Shown here piece by piece: positions 9,611 through 18,611 of a DNA stretch of 42,641 nucleotides. Below the pieces are notes generated by a model. The model was not told where the DNA came from. It searched no databases and saw only the letters and a program-made list of their open reading frames with translations. Numbering within the stretch: the first letter of the stretch is position 1; every line of letters begins with the position of its first letter. The position numbers and the translations under genes are program-made. Location: the sequence record DRR378314_1240; one strand, written 5' to 3'.

Positions 9611-10931
9611 ACCGATGCCCAACCCTCCGGGACTTCTGATATCAGCGCCATCATCGGGCACCGGAAAAACGACGGTCATGTTGGGGCTGCTGCGTGCTCT
9701 GGCCGAGGACGGGTTGACAGTGCAACCTTTCAAAAGCGGGCCGGATTATATCGACCCTGCCTTTCACCGGGCAGCGGCAGGACGCGCCTCGTTCAATCTG
9801 GATAGTTGGGCGATGGGCGAGCCACTGCTCGGCGCAATCTCAGCGCAGGCTGAGGGTGCGGATATCGTGGTGGCCGAGGGGTCAATGGGCCTGTTCGATG
9901 GTGTCGCCAAACCCGGAGAGTTGGGTCATGGATCAAGCGCGGAGACAGCCCAACGCATGGGCTGGCCCGTGGTTTTGGTTCTGGACGTCGGTGGTCAAGC
10001 CCAATCGGCTGCGGCAACCGCGCTCGGGTTTCGGATGTATAATCCTGACCTGCCCTTTGCGGGTGTCATCCTGAACCGCTGCGCCAGCCCCCGTCACGAG
10101 CGTCTGACCCGGTTGGGGATGGAGCGTGCTGGGTTACCAGTTCTGGGGGTGCTTCCGCGCCGAGGTGATTTGACGTTGCCCGAGCGGCATCTGGGCTTGA
10201 TTCAAGCTGTCGAACACACTGATCTGGAAACTGCGATTGCCGGGTATGCTGCGTTTCTGCGTGAACATGTGGATCTGGATGCGATCAAACGGGCGGCCTC
10301 CTCAGGCCCCTCTGGGCCATCGTCTGTCGCGTTGCCACGACCCCCGGCGCAGCGAATCGCGCTGGCCCGGGATGCGGCGTTTTCGTTTACCTATCCGCAT
10401 CTTTTGGAAGGTTGGCACAACGCTGGCGCCGAGATACTGCCGTTTTCGCCTCTAGCGAATGAGGCACCAGCCGAAAATGCCGATCTGGTCTGGCTGCCCG
10501 GGGGATACCCGGAGCTGCATGCCGGCACTTTAGCTGCAGCAGATACCTTCCTGACCGGGTTGCGAAAACACGCGGAAACCCGGCCTGTACATGGTGAGTG
10601 CGGGGGGTACATGACGCTGGGAGAGATTCTGATCGACAAGGATGGTACCCTACATCAGATGGCAGGATTATTGGGCCTGAAGACCTCTTATCAGAAGCGC
10701 AAATTCAACCTTGGCTATCGCAAGGCGGAACTGTTGGCCCCGATGCCGGGATTTGCGGTTGGAGTCACTTTGCGAGGGCATGAGTTCCACTATTCCTCGA
10801 TCATCGAGCAGCCTGACGCACCTTTGGCGCGGGTCTTCGATGCAGAGGGTGCCGAAGGCCCGCAGACAGGATCACAACGCGGCAACGTCACCGGTACGTT
10901 CTTCCATCTAATTGCAGAGGCCTCGGCATGA
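9603..10931 (+). CDS. cobB: Hydrogenobyrinic acid a,c-diamide synthase
   Basis: P-loop [34 protein letters not shown] and GHEFHYS. Start at 9603 or 9615. Confidence 0.95.
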   Translation: MNEPMPNPPGLLISAPSSGTGKTTVMLGLLRALAEDGLTVQPFKSGPDYIDPAFHRAAAGRASFNLDSWAMGEPLLGAISAQAEGADIVVAEGSMGLFDGVAKPGELGHGSSAETAQRMGWPVVLVLDVGGQAQSAAATALGFRMYNPDLPFAGVILNRCASPRHERLTRLGMERAGLPVLGVLPRRGDLTLPERHLGLIQAVEHTDLETAIAGYAAFLREHVDLDAIKRAASSGPSGPSSVALPRPPAQRIALARDAAFSFTYPHLLEGWHNAGAEILPFSPLANEAPAENADLVWLPGGYPELHAGTLAAADTFLTGLRKHAETRPVHGECGGYMTLGEILIDKDGTLHQMAGLLGLKTSYQKRKFNLGYRKAELLAPMPGFAVGVTLRGHEFHYSSIIEQPDAPLARVFDAEGAEGPQTGSQRGNVTGTFFHLIAEASA

Positions 10932-11656
10932 GCGGGTTTGTCTCCTTCGTTGGCTCCGGTCCGGGTGATCCCGAGCTGCTGACGCTCAAGGCCGTGGACC
11001 GGTTGCAGAAAGCGGATGCGGTGCTGTTTGACGATCTCAGCAGCGGTCCGATTCTGACCCATGCACGTGGCGATGCCGATCTGGTCGGTGTTGGGAAACG
11101 CGCCGGTCGCCCCTCACCCAAGCAGGACCACGTCAGCCGGTTGCTGGTAGAATATGCGCAGACCGGTCAACGCGTGGTGCGGTTAAAATCCGGTGATGGG
11201 GGTTTGTTTGGACGCCTGGAGGAAGAACTCGTCGCCCTGCAAGCTGCCGGTATCGAATACGAAATCATTCCCGGCATCCCTTCTGCAATCGCGGCGGCCG
11301 CCGCTGCAGGTATCCCGCTGACGCGACGCCTGACCGCGCGCCGCGTTCAGTTCGTCACCGGGCATGACGTGAGTGGCAAGCTACCAACAGATCTTAACCT
11401 GCCGGCTTTGGCCGACGCTGGGGCGACAACCGTCGTATTCATGGGCAAGCGCACTTTTCCATTGCTGGTCGAGGCCTTGAACGCACATGGCCTGCCTTCA
11501 GACACCCCCGCACTGATGGCCGAGTCAGTCTCGACCCCTGAACAATCTCTGCATCGCTCGACGATCGGAGAGCTGTCGGAGAAGCTGCGCACCGAAATCG
11601 GAACCGCCCCGGCGTTGATACTGTACGGTCCGCTGGCGGAGTTCGATGATGTATGA
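10928..11656 (+). CDS. cobA: Uroporphyrinogen-III C-methyltransferase (SUMT)
   Basis: Motifs VGSGPGDPELLTLKA, VGKRAG, VVRLKSGD and FVTGH. ATGA coupling to cobB. Confidence 0.93.
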   Translation: MSGFVSFVGSGPGDPELLTLKAVDRLQKADAVLFDDLSSGPILTHARGDADLVGVGKRAGRPSPKQDHVSRLLVEYAQTGQRVVRLKSGDGGLFGRLEEELVALQAAGIEYEIIPGIPSAIAAAAAAGIPLTRRLTARRVQFVTGHDVSGKLPTDLNLPALADAGATTVVFMGKRTFPLLVEALNAHGLPSDTPALMAESVSTPEQSLHRSTIGELSEKLRTEIGTAPALILYGPLAEFDDV

Positions 11657-12392
11657 CCTGACCCTGATCGGGATCGGCACGGGCAACCCCGACCATCTGA
11701 CCTTTCAGGGGGCGCAGGCGATCAGGGCTGCGGACCTGATCCTGATCCCGCGCAAAGGAGAGAACAAAGCCGATCTTGCGGGACTGCGCGAAGACATCAT
11801 AGCAAAGGTCACGGATACCCCTCCGGTTATCGCCTATTTCGACGTCCCAAAACGTCGGGCCAAAGATGGCTATCTGCGTGGCGTTGATGAATGGCACGAT
11901 GCCATTGCCTTGCGCTGGCAAGAGGCGATTTCTGCTCACCCGAACGCTCAGAAAGTGGCGCTGCAGATTTGGGGTGACCCATCGCTTTATGACAGCTCAC
12001 TGCGGATCGCGGCGCGGCTGGACCCGCACCCGTCCGTCCATGTGGTTCCGGGCATAACCGCGTTGCAAGCATTGACCGCAGCCCATGCGATACCGATCAA
12101 CGATCTGGGCGCGCCTTATGTCGTGACCACGGGCCGCCGTATTCGCGATGAAGGCTGGCCTAACCCGGCCTCGAAAGTGGCGGTCATGCTGGATGGAGAA
12201 TGCTCATTCCAAAGCCTCAGGATGGAGGACTACGACATCTGGTGGGGGGCTTATGTGGGCATGAAAGAGGAAATCCTGATCAAGGGACCGCTGGCGGATG
12301 TAACGCAGGACATCCTGGACACACGCGCGCAGGCCCGGTCTGATCACGGCTGGATCATGGATATCTATTTGCTGAAAAAACGCATCGCATGA
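11646..12392 (+). CDS. cobF: Precorrin-6A synthase (deacetylating)
   Basis: Motifs IGIGTGNPDHLT, WGDPSLYDS, TTGRR and HGWIMDIYLL. Start may be 11649. Confidence 0.94.
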   Translation: MMYDLTLIGIGTGNPDHLTFQGAQAIRAADLILIPRKGENKADLAGLREDIIAKVTDTPPVIAYFDVPKRRAKDGYLRGVDEWHDAIALRWQEAISAHPNAQKVALQIWGDPSLYDSSLRIAARLDPHPSVHVVPGITALQALTAAHAIPINDLGAPYVVTTGRRIRDEGWPNPASKVAVMLDGECSFQSLRMEDYDIWWGAYVGMKEEILIKGPLADVTQDILDTRAQARSDHGWIMDIYLLKKRIA

Positions 12393-12478
12393 CCTGTTGC
12401 GCGCACGGGATTGTGAGTACGGTTTCAGCGTTTATCTGCCATCTATTCCACAACCAAAAACGGAGGGGAATAACATGA
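12389..12478 (+). CDS. Putative 29-aa small ORF linking cobF to the DUF302 gene (MTCCAHGIVSTVSAFICHLFHNQKRRGIT)
   Basis: Read by hand. ATGA overlap with the cobF stop (12389-12392) and with the DUF302 start (12475-12478). No SD of its own. Confidence 0.25.
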   Translation: MTCCAHGIVSTVSAFICHLFHNQKRRGIT

Positions 12479-12939
12479 AGGCGCTTTGGATTGCGATTTG
12501 CCTGCTAACCATGCCCGCATGGGCCGATAGCATCGAGCCCCTTTCCGGTTGGGCGGTTTACCCCAGCAATAAAAATTATGAAAACTTGGTTAAAGACACC
12601 AAAGCTGCAGTGAAGAATAACGGCCTGATCGTGGTGACGCAGGCCGGACCGACCAAAGCCGCTGCTTCGAGAGGGATCACCATACCGGGCAATCGGGTGA
12701 TCGGTGCATTCAACAATGACTTCGCCGTTCGGGTTCTTGAAACCTCGACCAATGCGATGATCGAAGCCCCAATTCGCTTTTATGTGACCGAGAACAAGGA
12801 CGGCACCGCTACCCTGTCCTATAAGACACCGAGCTTTGTGTTTGCTCCATACGCAGATGAAGGTGGACAGGCGTTGAGCGAGATTGCCGCCGAACTGGAC
12901 ACAAGGTTTCAGGCCGTCGCGGAAAGCGCCGTCAAATAG
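12475..12939 (+). CDS. Exported DUF302-like protein
   Basis: GGAGG SD before ATG 12475. Signal peptide MKALWIAICLL...AWA. APIRFYVTE...LSYKTPS pattern resembles DUF302. Confidence 0.75.
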   Translation: MKALWIAICLLTMPAWADSIEPLSGWAVYPSNKNYENLVKDTKAAVKNNGLIVVTQAGPTKAAASRGITIPGNRVIGAFNNDFAVRVLETSTNAMIEAPIRFYVTENKDGTATLSYKTPSFVFAPYADEGGQALSEIAAELDTRFQAVAESAVK

Positions 12940-13018
12940 TCACACTGACGTGAACCTGCTTGCGTCTGCGCCTGTCCTCCGCAATCTGCTGAAAGATACA
13001 ATTGTCGGAGCTTGATTG

Positions 13019-14638
13019 ATGCAGGACCTTTCCCCTCGTGCCGCAGACCTGTTGGCACAGCGCCTTTTTGAGGCCGGATGCCGCCACGCATTCGGAATGC
13101 CCGGTGGCGAGGTTCTGACACTGGTGGACGCGCTGGAACGTGCTGGCATCACCTTTCACCTGACGAAACACGAAAACGCCGCCGGTTTCATGGCTGAGGC
13201 GGTGCATCATCGCGATGGTGCGCCTGCTATTCTGGTGGCCACGCTTGGACCCGGCGCGATGAACGGGATCAACGTGGTCGCGAACGCCCTGCAGGATCGG
13301 GTGCCGATGATTGTGCTGACCGGCTGCGTCGACGCGAATGAGGCGCTGACCTATACCCATCAAGTGATGGATCACGCGCAGGTCTATCGCTCGATCACCA
13401 AAGGCACTTTCATGTTGACCGCCAACGGGGCCGATATCATCGCTGATAAGGCGGTGTCGCTGGCCAACCAGCCGCGCCCCGGCCCGGTTCATATCGATGT
13501 GCCGATCTCAGTCGCTGATACGCGCGTGGAGGGTATCAAACACCGCCGTCTGGCCAAGGTCGCCCCAGTGGCCCCCGGGGGCGAATGTCTGGAAAAGGCG
13601 CGGCGCTGGGTGGCTGATGCCGAGCGGCCTTTGGCCATCATCGGTCTGGATGTTCTTTATGATGACTCCCGCAGCGTGGTCCGGGCGTTTTTAGAGCATT
13701 TCAGTATTCCTTTTGTGACCACCTACAAGGCCAAGGGCGTGGTGCCCGAAGATCATCCGCTGTGTTTGGGTGGTGCCGGTCTGTCACCTCTGGCTGACAA
13801 GCATCTGATCCCATTGGTCGAACAGGCCGATCTAGTGTTGTGCCTGGGCTATGATCCCATCGAAATGCGCCCCGGCTGGCGCGAGATATGGGACCCCGAG
13901 ACCAAGCGAGTCATTGATATCTCAGCCGTCGTCAACGATCATTACATGCATCAGGCAGGCCTCAATCTGGTCGCTGATACCGGTGCAACGCTGGAAGCAA
14001 TCGCCAAGGGCAATCCGGCACGTAAGACATGGCCGGGTGAGGAACCAACTCAGGTCAAAGCCGCTCTTGCACAGGCCTTCCCGACCGATGAAGACTGGGG
14101 ACCGGCGGCAATCATCGCGGAAACCCGCGCTGTGCTGCCGCCCGAAACCCTTGCCACTGCGGACAGCGGTGCGCATCGCATTCTTCTCAGCCAGATGTGG
14201 GATTGTTCCGAGGAACGCGGACTGATCCAATCCTCGGCGCTCTGCACCATGGGCTGTGCCGTTCCGATGGCAATCGGGTTGAAACTGGCCGAACCCAATC
14301 GACCCGTGATCAGCTTCTCAGGTGATGCCGGGTTTCTGATGGTCGCCGGAGAGCTTTCGACCGCTTCTGAAATGGGTGGGAATCCAATTTTTCTGGTCTT
14401 TGTCGATGCCAGCCTTGCGCTGATCGAGTTGAAACAACGGCAGCGCCAGATGGGCAATCACGGGGTGGATTTCAATCGTCACGATATTGCCGCCATGGGT
14501 CGCGCCTTCGGCGGGTACGGACACACTGTGCGCAGCCGCGGCGAGTTGCGGGACGCGCTGGATAAGGCATTGAAAGCCGACAAGTTCACTGTCATTGCTG
14601 CGGAAATCGACCGTGGAGGATATGATGGCCGCATCTGA
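13019..14638 (+). CDS. Thiamine-diphosphate-dependent enzyme, acetolactate synthase-like
   Basis: Motifs FGMPGGE, KHENAAGFMA (catalytic Glu), TLGPG, RPGPVHIDVP and the ThDP motif GDAGFLM...VFVD. GGAG SD upstream. Confidence 0.9.
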   Translation: MQDLSPRAADLLAQRLFEAGCRHAFGMPGGEVLTLVDALERAGITFHLTKHENAAGFMAEAVHHRDGAPAILVATLGPGAMNGINVVANALQDRVPMIVLTGCVDANEALTYTHQVMDHAQVYRSITKGTFMLTANGADIIADKAVSLANQPRPGPVHIDVPISVADTRVEGIKHRRLAKVAPVAPGGECLEKARRWVADAERPLAIIGLDVLYDDSRSVVRAFLEHFSIPFVTTYKAKGVVPEDHPLCLGGAGLSPLADKHLIPLVEQADLVLCLGYDPIEMRPGWREIWDPETKRVIDISAVVNDHYMHQAGLNLVADTGATLEAIAKGNPARKTWPGEEPTQVKAALAQAFPTDEDWGPAAIIAETRAVLPPETLATADSGAHRILLSQMWDCSEERGLIQSSALCTMGCAVPMAIGLKLAEPNRPVISFSGDAGFLMVAGELSTASEMGGNPIFLVFVDASLALIELKQRQRQMGNHGVDFNRHDIAAMGRAFGGYGHTVRSRGELRDALDKALKADKFTVIAAEIDRGGYDGRI

Positions 14639-15809
14639 AGGACCGCTGAAAGGCGTCAAGGTACTGGACCTGTCGCGCATTCTGGCCGGACCTACTTGTA
14701 CCCAGCTATTGGGTGATTTGGGGGCAAGCGTCATCAAAATCGAAAACCCGGCCACTGGCGGTGACGATACACGGCAATGGGGACCTCCTTACGTCGAGGA
14801 TGCAGATGGTAATCGCTCGGATTTGAGTGCCTATTTCATGTCGTCCAATCGCAACAAGAAATCGGTCGCTCTGGATATCGCCACACCTGAAGGTCAGGCC
14901 GAGATCAGGCGATTGGCGTCTCATGCCGATATCCTGATCGAGAATTTCAAACCCGGAGGCCTTGCGAAATACGGGCTCGACCACGCCACCCTGTCAAAAG
15001 AGTTTCCCGGCCTCGTTTACTGTTCAATCTCCGGCTATGGGCAAACCGGCCCCAACGCACCGAAGCCGGGATACGATCTTATGGCGCAAGGCTATGGTGG
15101 GGTCATGTCTTTGACCGGCGATGCCGAGGGGACGCCGATGAAAGTGGGCGTCGGAATCGCTGACGTAATGTGCGGCATGTATGCCTGCGTCGGTATTCTG
15201 GCAGCCTTGCGTCACCGCGACCTGACCGGTGAAGGTCAGCAGATCGACCTTGCGCTGGTGGATTCACAGGTGGCCTGGCTGATCAACGAAGGCGTAAACT
15301 ACCTGACGTCGGGCAATGTACCCCAGCGGCGCGGCAATGGGCATCCAAACATCGTGCCATACGATGTTTATGCCACATGCGACGGGCATGTGATTCTTGC
15401 AGTCGGAAATGACAGCCAGTTCACACGGTTTTGCAGTTTCATCAACAAACCAGAGCTTGCGGGCGACCCCCGATTTGCGACCAACCCAGCCCGCCTTGAA
15501 AATCGCGACGCCTTGAATGCGATCCTGCGCCCGGCGGTGCAAGCGCTGGACACGAGCAGCGTAATCGCCGGTTTGGAAAAGCTGAAAGTGCCGGTTGGTC
15601 CGGTACAAACACTCGATCAAGTATTTGCGTCCGATCAGGTCTCCGCACGGCAGATGCAGATCACTATGCAAGCCGCACCAGGTGAGGTGCGACTGATCGG
15701 GAATCCCCTGAACTTGTCGCGCACACCTGTAGCATATCGCAGTGCGCCTCCGATCTGCGGGGCCGACACACAGGCCGTTCTGAACGCGAAAAACCCTTTC
15801 GAAGACTGA
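14622..15809 (+). CDS. Family III CoA-transferase (CaiB/BaiF)
   Basis: Motifs DLSRILAGP, GDDTRQWGPP, NRNKKS, ENFKPG and GYD. GGAGGA SD. Overlaps the ThDP gene stop. Start 14622 or 14625. Confidence 0.93.
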   Translation: MMAASEGPLKGVKVLDLSRILAGPTCTQLLGDLGASVIKIENPATGGDDTRQWGPPYVEDADGNRSDLSAYFMSSNRNKKSVALDIATPEGQAEIRRLASHADILIENFKPGGLAKYGLDHATLSKEFPGLVYCSISGYGQTGPNAPKPGYDLMAQGYGGVMSLTGDAEGTPMKVGVGIADVMCGMYACVGILAALRHRDLTGEGQQIDLALVDSQVAWLINEGVNYLTSGNVPQRRGNGHPNIVPYDVYATCDGHVILAVGNDSQFTRFCSFINKPELAGDPRFATNPARLENRDALNAILRPAVQALDTSSVIAGLEKLKVPVGPVQTLDQVFASDQVSARQMQITMQAAPGEVRLIGNPLNLSRTPVAYRSAPPICGADTQAVLNAKNPFED

Positions 15810-15989
15810 AACACTTTGCCTGTTTAGGCGGCAAGTTGCTGAAACATGCCCTTGAATCGGCGGTTTTTTTCGCGTTTCACACACACGTGTTTTCACCAAT
15901 TCGAGAGCAGTGTCGATACTGTTACGACCCGGCAGCACACTCTGCTACATCGAACAATACAGAATACCGCAATCAGATTGGACCCAAGT

Positions 15990-17360
15990 ATGAAACAAGA
16001 CGTCTTTGGACAGATGAACACCCTCAGCCAGCCCGCAAGCGTCGAGGCCTGGAATGGTGTTCTCCTTGGGTTCATGGCACATGCCGCCGTAACGCCGCAG
16101 CACTTGGGCAGAGTGCTGGAACTTGAACCTGATTTCGCGCTGGGTCACGCGATCAAAGGTCTGTTCATGGTTTTGCTGGGTCGGCGCGAGATGCTTCCCG
16201 TGGCGACCGAAGCGCTGAACGCAGCCAATGCCGCAATGGGTCGTCAACCTGTCACAGCCCGTGAACGGCTTTATGTCGAGGCGCTGGCTTTGTACATGGC
16301 TGATCTGCCCTCCCAGGCCGTACAGAAATTCGAAGAAGTGCTGCGTGCGCATCCCACCGATTCTCTGGCCATGAAGCTCAGCCATGCGACACGTTTTGTT
16401 CTGGGCGATTCTGAGGGTATGCGCCGGTCGATTGAGCGTGTGATGCCCGCCTACGAACCGGATCACGCAGGGCGCGGGTATCTGCTGGGGTGCCATTCCT
16501 TCGCCCTTGAAGAAACCGGCGCTTATGAAAAAGCCGAAATTGCAGGGCGTCAGGCACTGTGGATGGTCTCGGACGATGCCTGGGGCCTGCACGCCGTGGC
16601 GCATGTGCACGAGATGACAGGCAATGCGCAACTGGGTCTGGACTGGCTTGCCGGGCGCGAGGACGCCTGGGCACATTGCAACAACTTCCGCTATCACGTC
16701 TGGTGGCATAAGGCGCTGATGCATCTGGACCTCGGTCAGGTTGATCAGGTGATGGCGCTTTACGACCACCACATCCGACAGGACAAAACCGACGATTACC
16801 GCGATATCTCGAACGCCACCTCGTTACTGTCTCGTTTGGAGCTTGAGGGTTTTGACGTCGGCAACCGTTGGGAAGAACTGGCCGATCTCAGCGCTGCCCG
16901 CACCGAAGACGGATGCCTGATTTTCGCCGACCTGCATTACCTGCTGGCCCTAACCGGTGACAACCGCCCGGACGCAACGGCCAAGATGCTGCAGCGTATC
17001 CAGAAGGATGCCCAGCGCAATCAGGGCGACACGCCGATCCGCATGTCCGATCCCGGCGTTGCCGCAGCCAAGGGGCTTGAAGCCTTTGGCGAGGGGCTTT
17101 ACGGCCAAGCCTTTGATTTTTTGTCAAATGCGCGAGGTTCAATGCAACTGGCGGGTGGCAGCCACGCCCAACGTGATGTATTCGAGCGCATCACAATTGA
17201 TTCCGGCCTGCGCGCGGGCCGTCTGGATGAGGTCGAGCACATCCTTGATGACCGCCGCGCCAAACGCGCAGGGGGCGAGGACAACTACGCACATGCCCGC
17301 CGCGCCCTGATCGAGGCCGCACGCGACAGCGGCGACGCGCAAAGCGTCCCCGCCGAATAA
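15990..17360 (+). CDS. TPR protein, TTC38-like
   Basis: Helical repeats with FALEETG, DAWGLHAVAHVHEM, HVWWHKAL and GGSHAQRDVF, recognised as the TTC38 family pattern. ATG 15990 chosen over the 15846 extension. Confidence 0.78.
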   Translation: MKQDVFGQMNTLSQPASVEAWNGVLLGFMAHAAVTPQHLGRVLELEPDFALGHAIKGLFMVLLGRREMLPVATEALNAANAAMGRQPVTARERLYVEALALYMADLPSQAVQKFEEVLRAHPTDSLAMKLSHATRFVLGDSEGMRRSIERVMPAYEPDHAGRGYLLGCHSFALEETGAYEKAEIAGRQALWMVSDDAWGLHAVAHVHEMTGNAQLGLDWLAGREDAWAHCNNFRYHVWWHKALMHLDLGQVDQVMALYDHHIRQDKTDDYRDISNATSLLSRLELEGFDVGNRWEELADLSAARTEDGCLIFADLHYLLALTGDNRPDATAKMLQRIQKDAQRNQGDTPIRMSDPGVAAAKGLEAFGEGLYGQAFDFLSNARGSMQLAGGSHAQRDVFERITIDSGLRAGRLDEVEHILDDRRAKRAGGEDNYAHARRALIEAARDSGDAQSVPAE

Positions 17361-17393
17361 CAACAAAAAAAGACCAAGAAGGACAGAACTTGT

Positions 17394-18611
17394 ATGGCGA
17401 CTGCATCGCCCGCTTCTGATTTTGCTCCGGTGGCGTCCCAGACTGCTGCCCCTGCCCGCACGCGCGATCCGCGTCTGGATTTCTATCGCGGCATAGCGAT
17501 GTTCATCATCCTGATTGCCCACATTCCGAACGATCCGTGGGCCAAGTGGATACCCGCGCGGTTCGGGTTTTCGGACGCGACTGAGATTTTCGTTTTCTGC
17601 TCGGGCATGGCCTCGGCAATTGCCTTTGGCGGCGCTTTTCTGCGCAAGGGCTGGTGGTTGGGCACTGCGCGCGTGAGTTTCCGCATCTGGCAGGTCTACT
17701 GGGCCCATATCTGCCTGTTCTTCTTCGTCGCCATGACCATGGCCGCGCTGGATCAGTCGGGATTATTCGAAAAGACCTATGTCTCATCCCTGAACCTGCA
17801 GCATTTCTTCAATGACCCTGCCTCGCAGATCGTGGGGCTGTTCACTTTGACCTATGTGCCCAACTACTTTGACATCCTGCCGATGTATCTGGTGGTGCTG
17901 GCGATGATGCCGCTGTTCATGGGACTCCATCGCATCGGGTTCTGGGCGGTCGCATTGGCTTCGGTCACGATCTGGCTTGTCGCTCAATACGATTACCTTG
18001 ATCTGCCTGCCGAGCCTTGGTCGGATCGCCAGTGGTTCTTCAACCCTTTCGGCTGGCAATTGCTGTTCTTCACCGGATTCGCCTTCATGCGTGGCTGGAT
18101 TCCTGCCCCTCCGGTGTCGAAAACCTTGATCTGGGCAGCGGTCCTGTTCCTGATTCTCTCGATGCCGTTTGGCTCGTGGAAGGTTTTCACTTGGATCAAT
18201 GCGGTAGCACCCGATCTAGCAGACGAAATCCGCAAGGTTTGGCCGGTAACAAAAGAATTCCGCAACAAGACCGACTTTGGCTTGTTCCGTTATCTGCATT
18301 TCCTTTCGCTGGCATATCTGGGCTGGGTCATCGCTGGTGAGCATGGCCACCGCCTGATCGCGACCGGCCAAGGGGCCGCGGCCAAGGTGTGGCAGTCCTT
18401 GCTGACCGTCATCACCAAGGTCGGGCAGCAATCGCTTGCGGTGTTCGTATTTTCTATGGCTGCAGCACGGCTTATCGGCGTCGGACTGGATCTGAGTGGG
18501 CGGGATGTTGCCAGTGTTTTTGCTGCTAACATGATTGGCTTTGCCATGATCATCGGCGTGGCTTATCTGGCCGCTTGGTTCAAGTCTCATCCTTGGAAAT
18601 CGAAGAAATGA
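17394..18611 (+). CDS. opgC: OpgC-family membrane acyl(succinyl)transferase for periplasmic glucans
   Basis: Motifs RDPRLDFYRG, GFSDATEIFVFCSG, DILPMY, FNPFGWQLLF and GQQSL. Multi-TM. Confidence 0.88.
   Translation: MATASPASDFAPVASQTAAPARTRDPRLDFYRGIAMFIILIAHIPNDPWAKWIPARFGFSDATEIFVFCSGMASAIAFGGAFLRKGWWLGTARVSFRIWQVYWAHICLFFFVAMTMAALDQSGLFEKTYVSSLNLQHFFNDPASQIVGLFTLTYVPNYFDILPMYLVVLAMMPLFMGLHRIGFWAVALASVTIWLVAQYDYLDLPAEPWSDRQWFFNPFGWQLLFFTGFAFMRGWIPAPPVSKTLIWAAVLFLILSMPFGSWKVFTWINAVAPDLADEIRKVWPVTKEFRNKTDFGLFRYLHFLSLAYLGWVIAGEHGHRLIATGQGAAAKVWQSLLTVITKVGQQSLAVFVFSMAAARLIGVGLDLSGRDVASVFAANMIGFAMIIGVAYLAAWFKSHPWKSKK

Noticed and set aside
1..13018. Cobalamin riboswitch
   Set aside because: No intergenic stretch with a recognisable B12-box. 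Any such element would lie upstream of the window.
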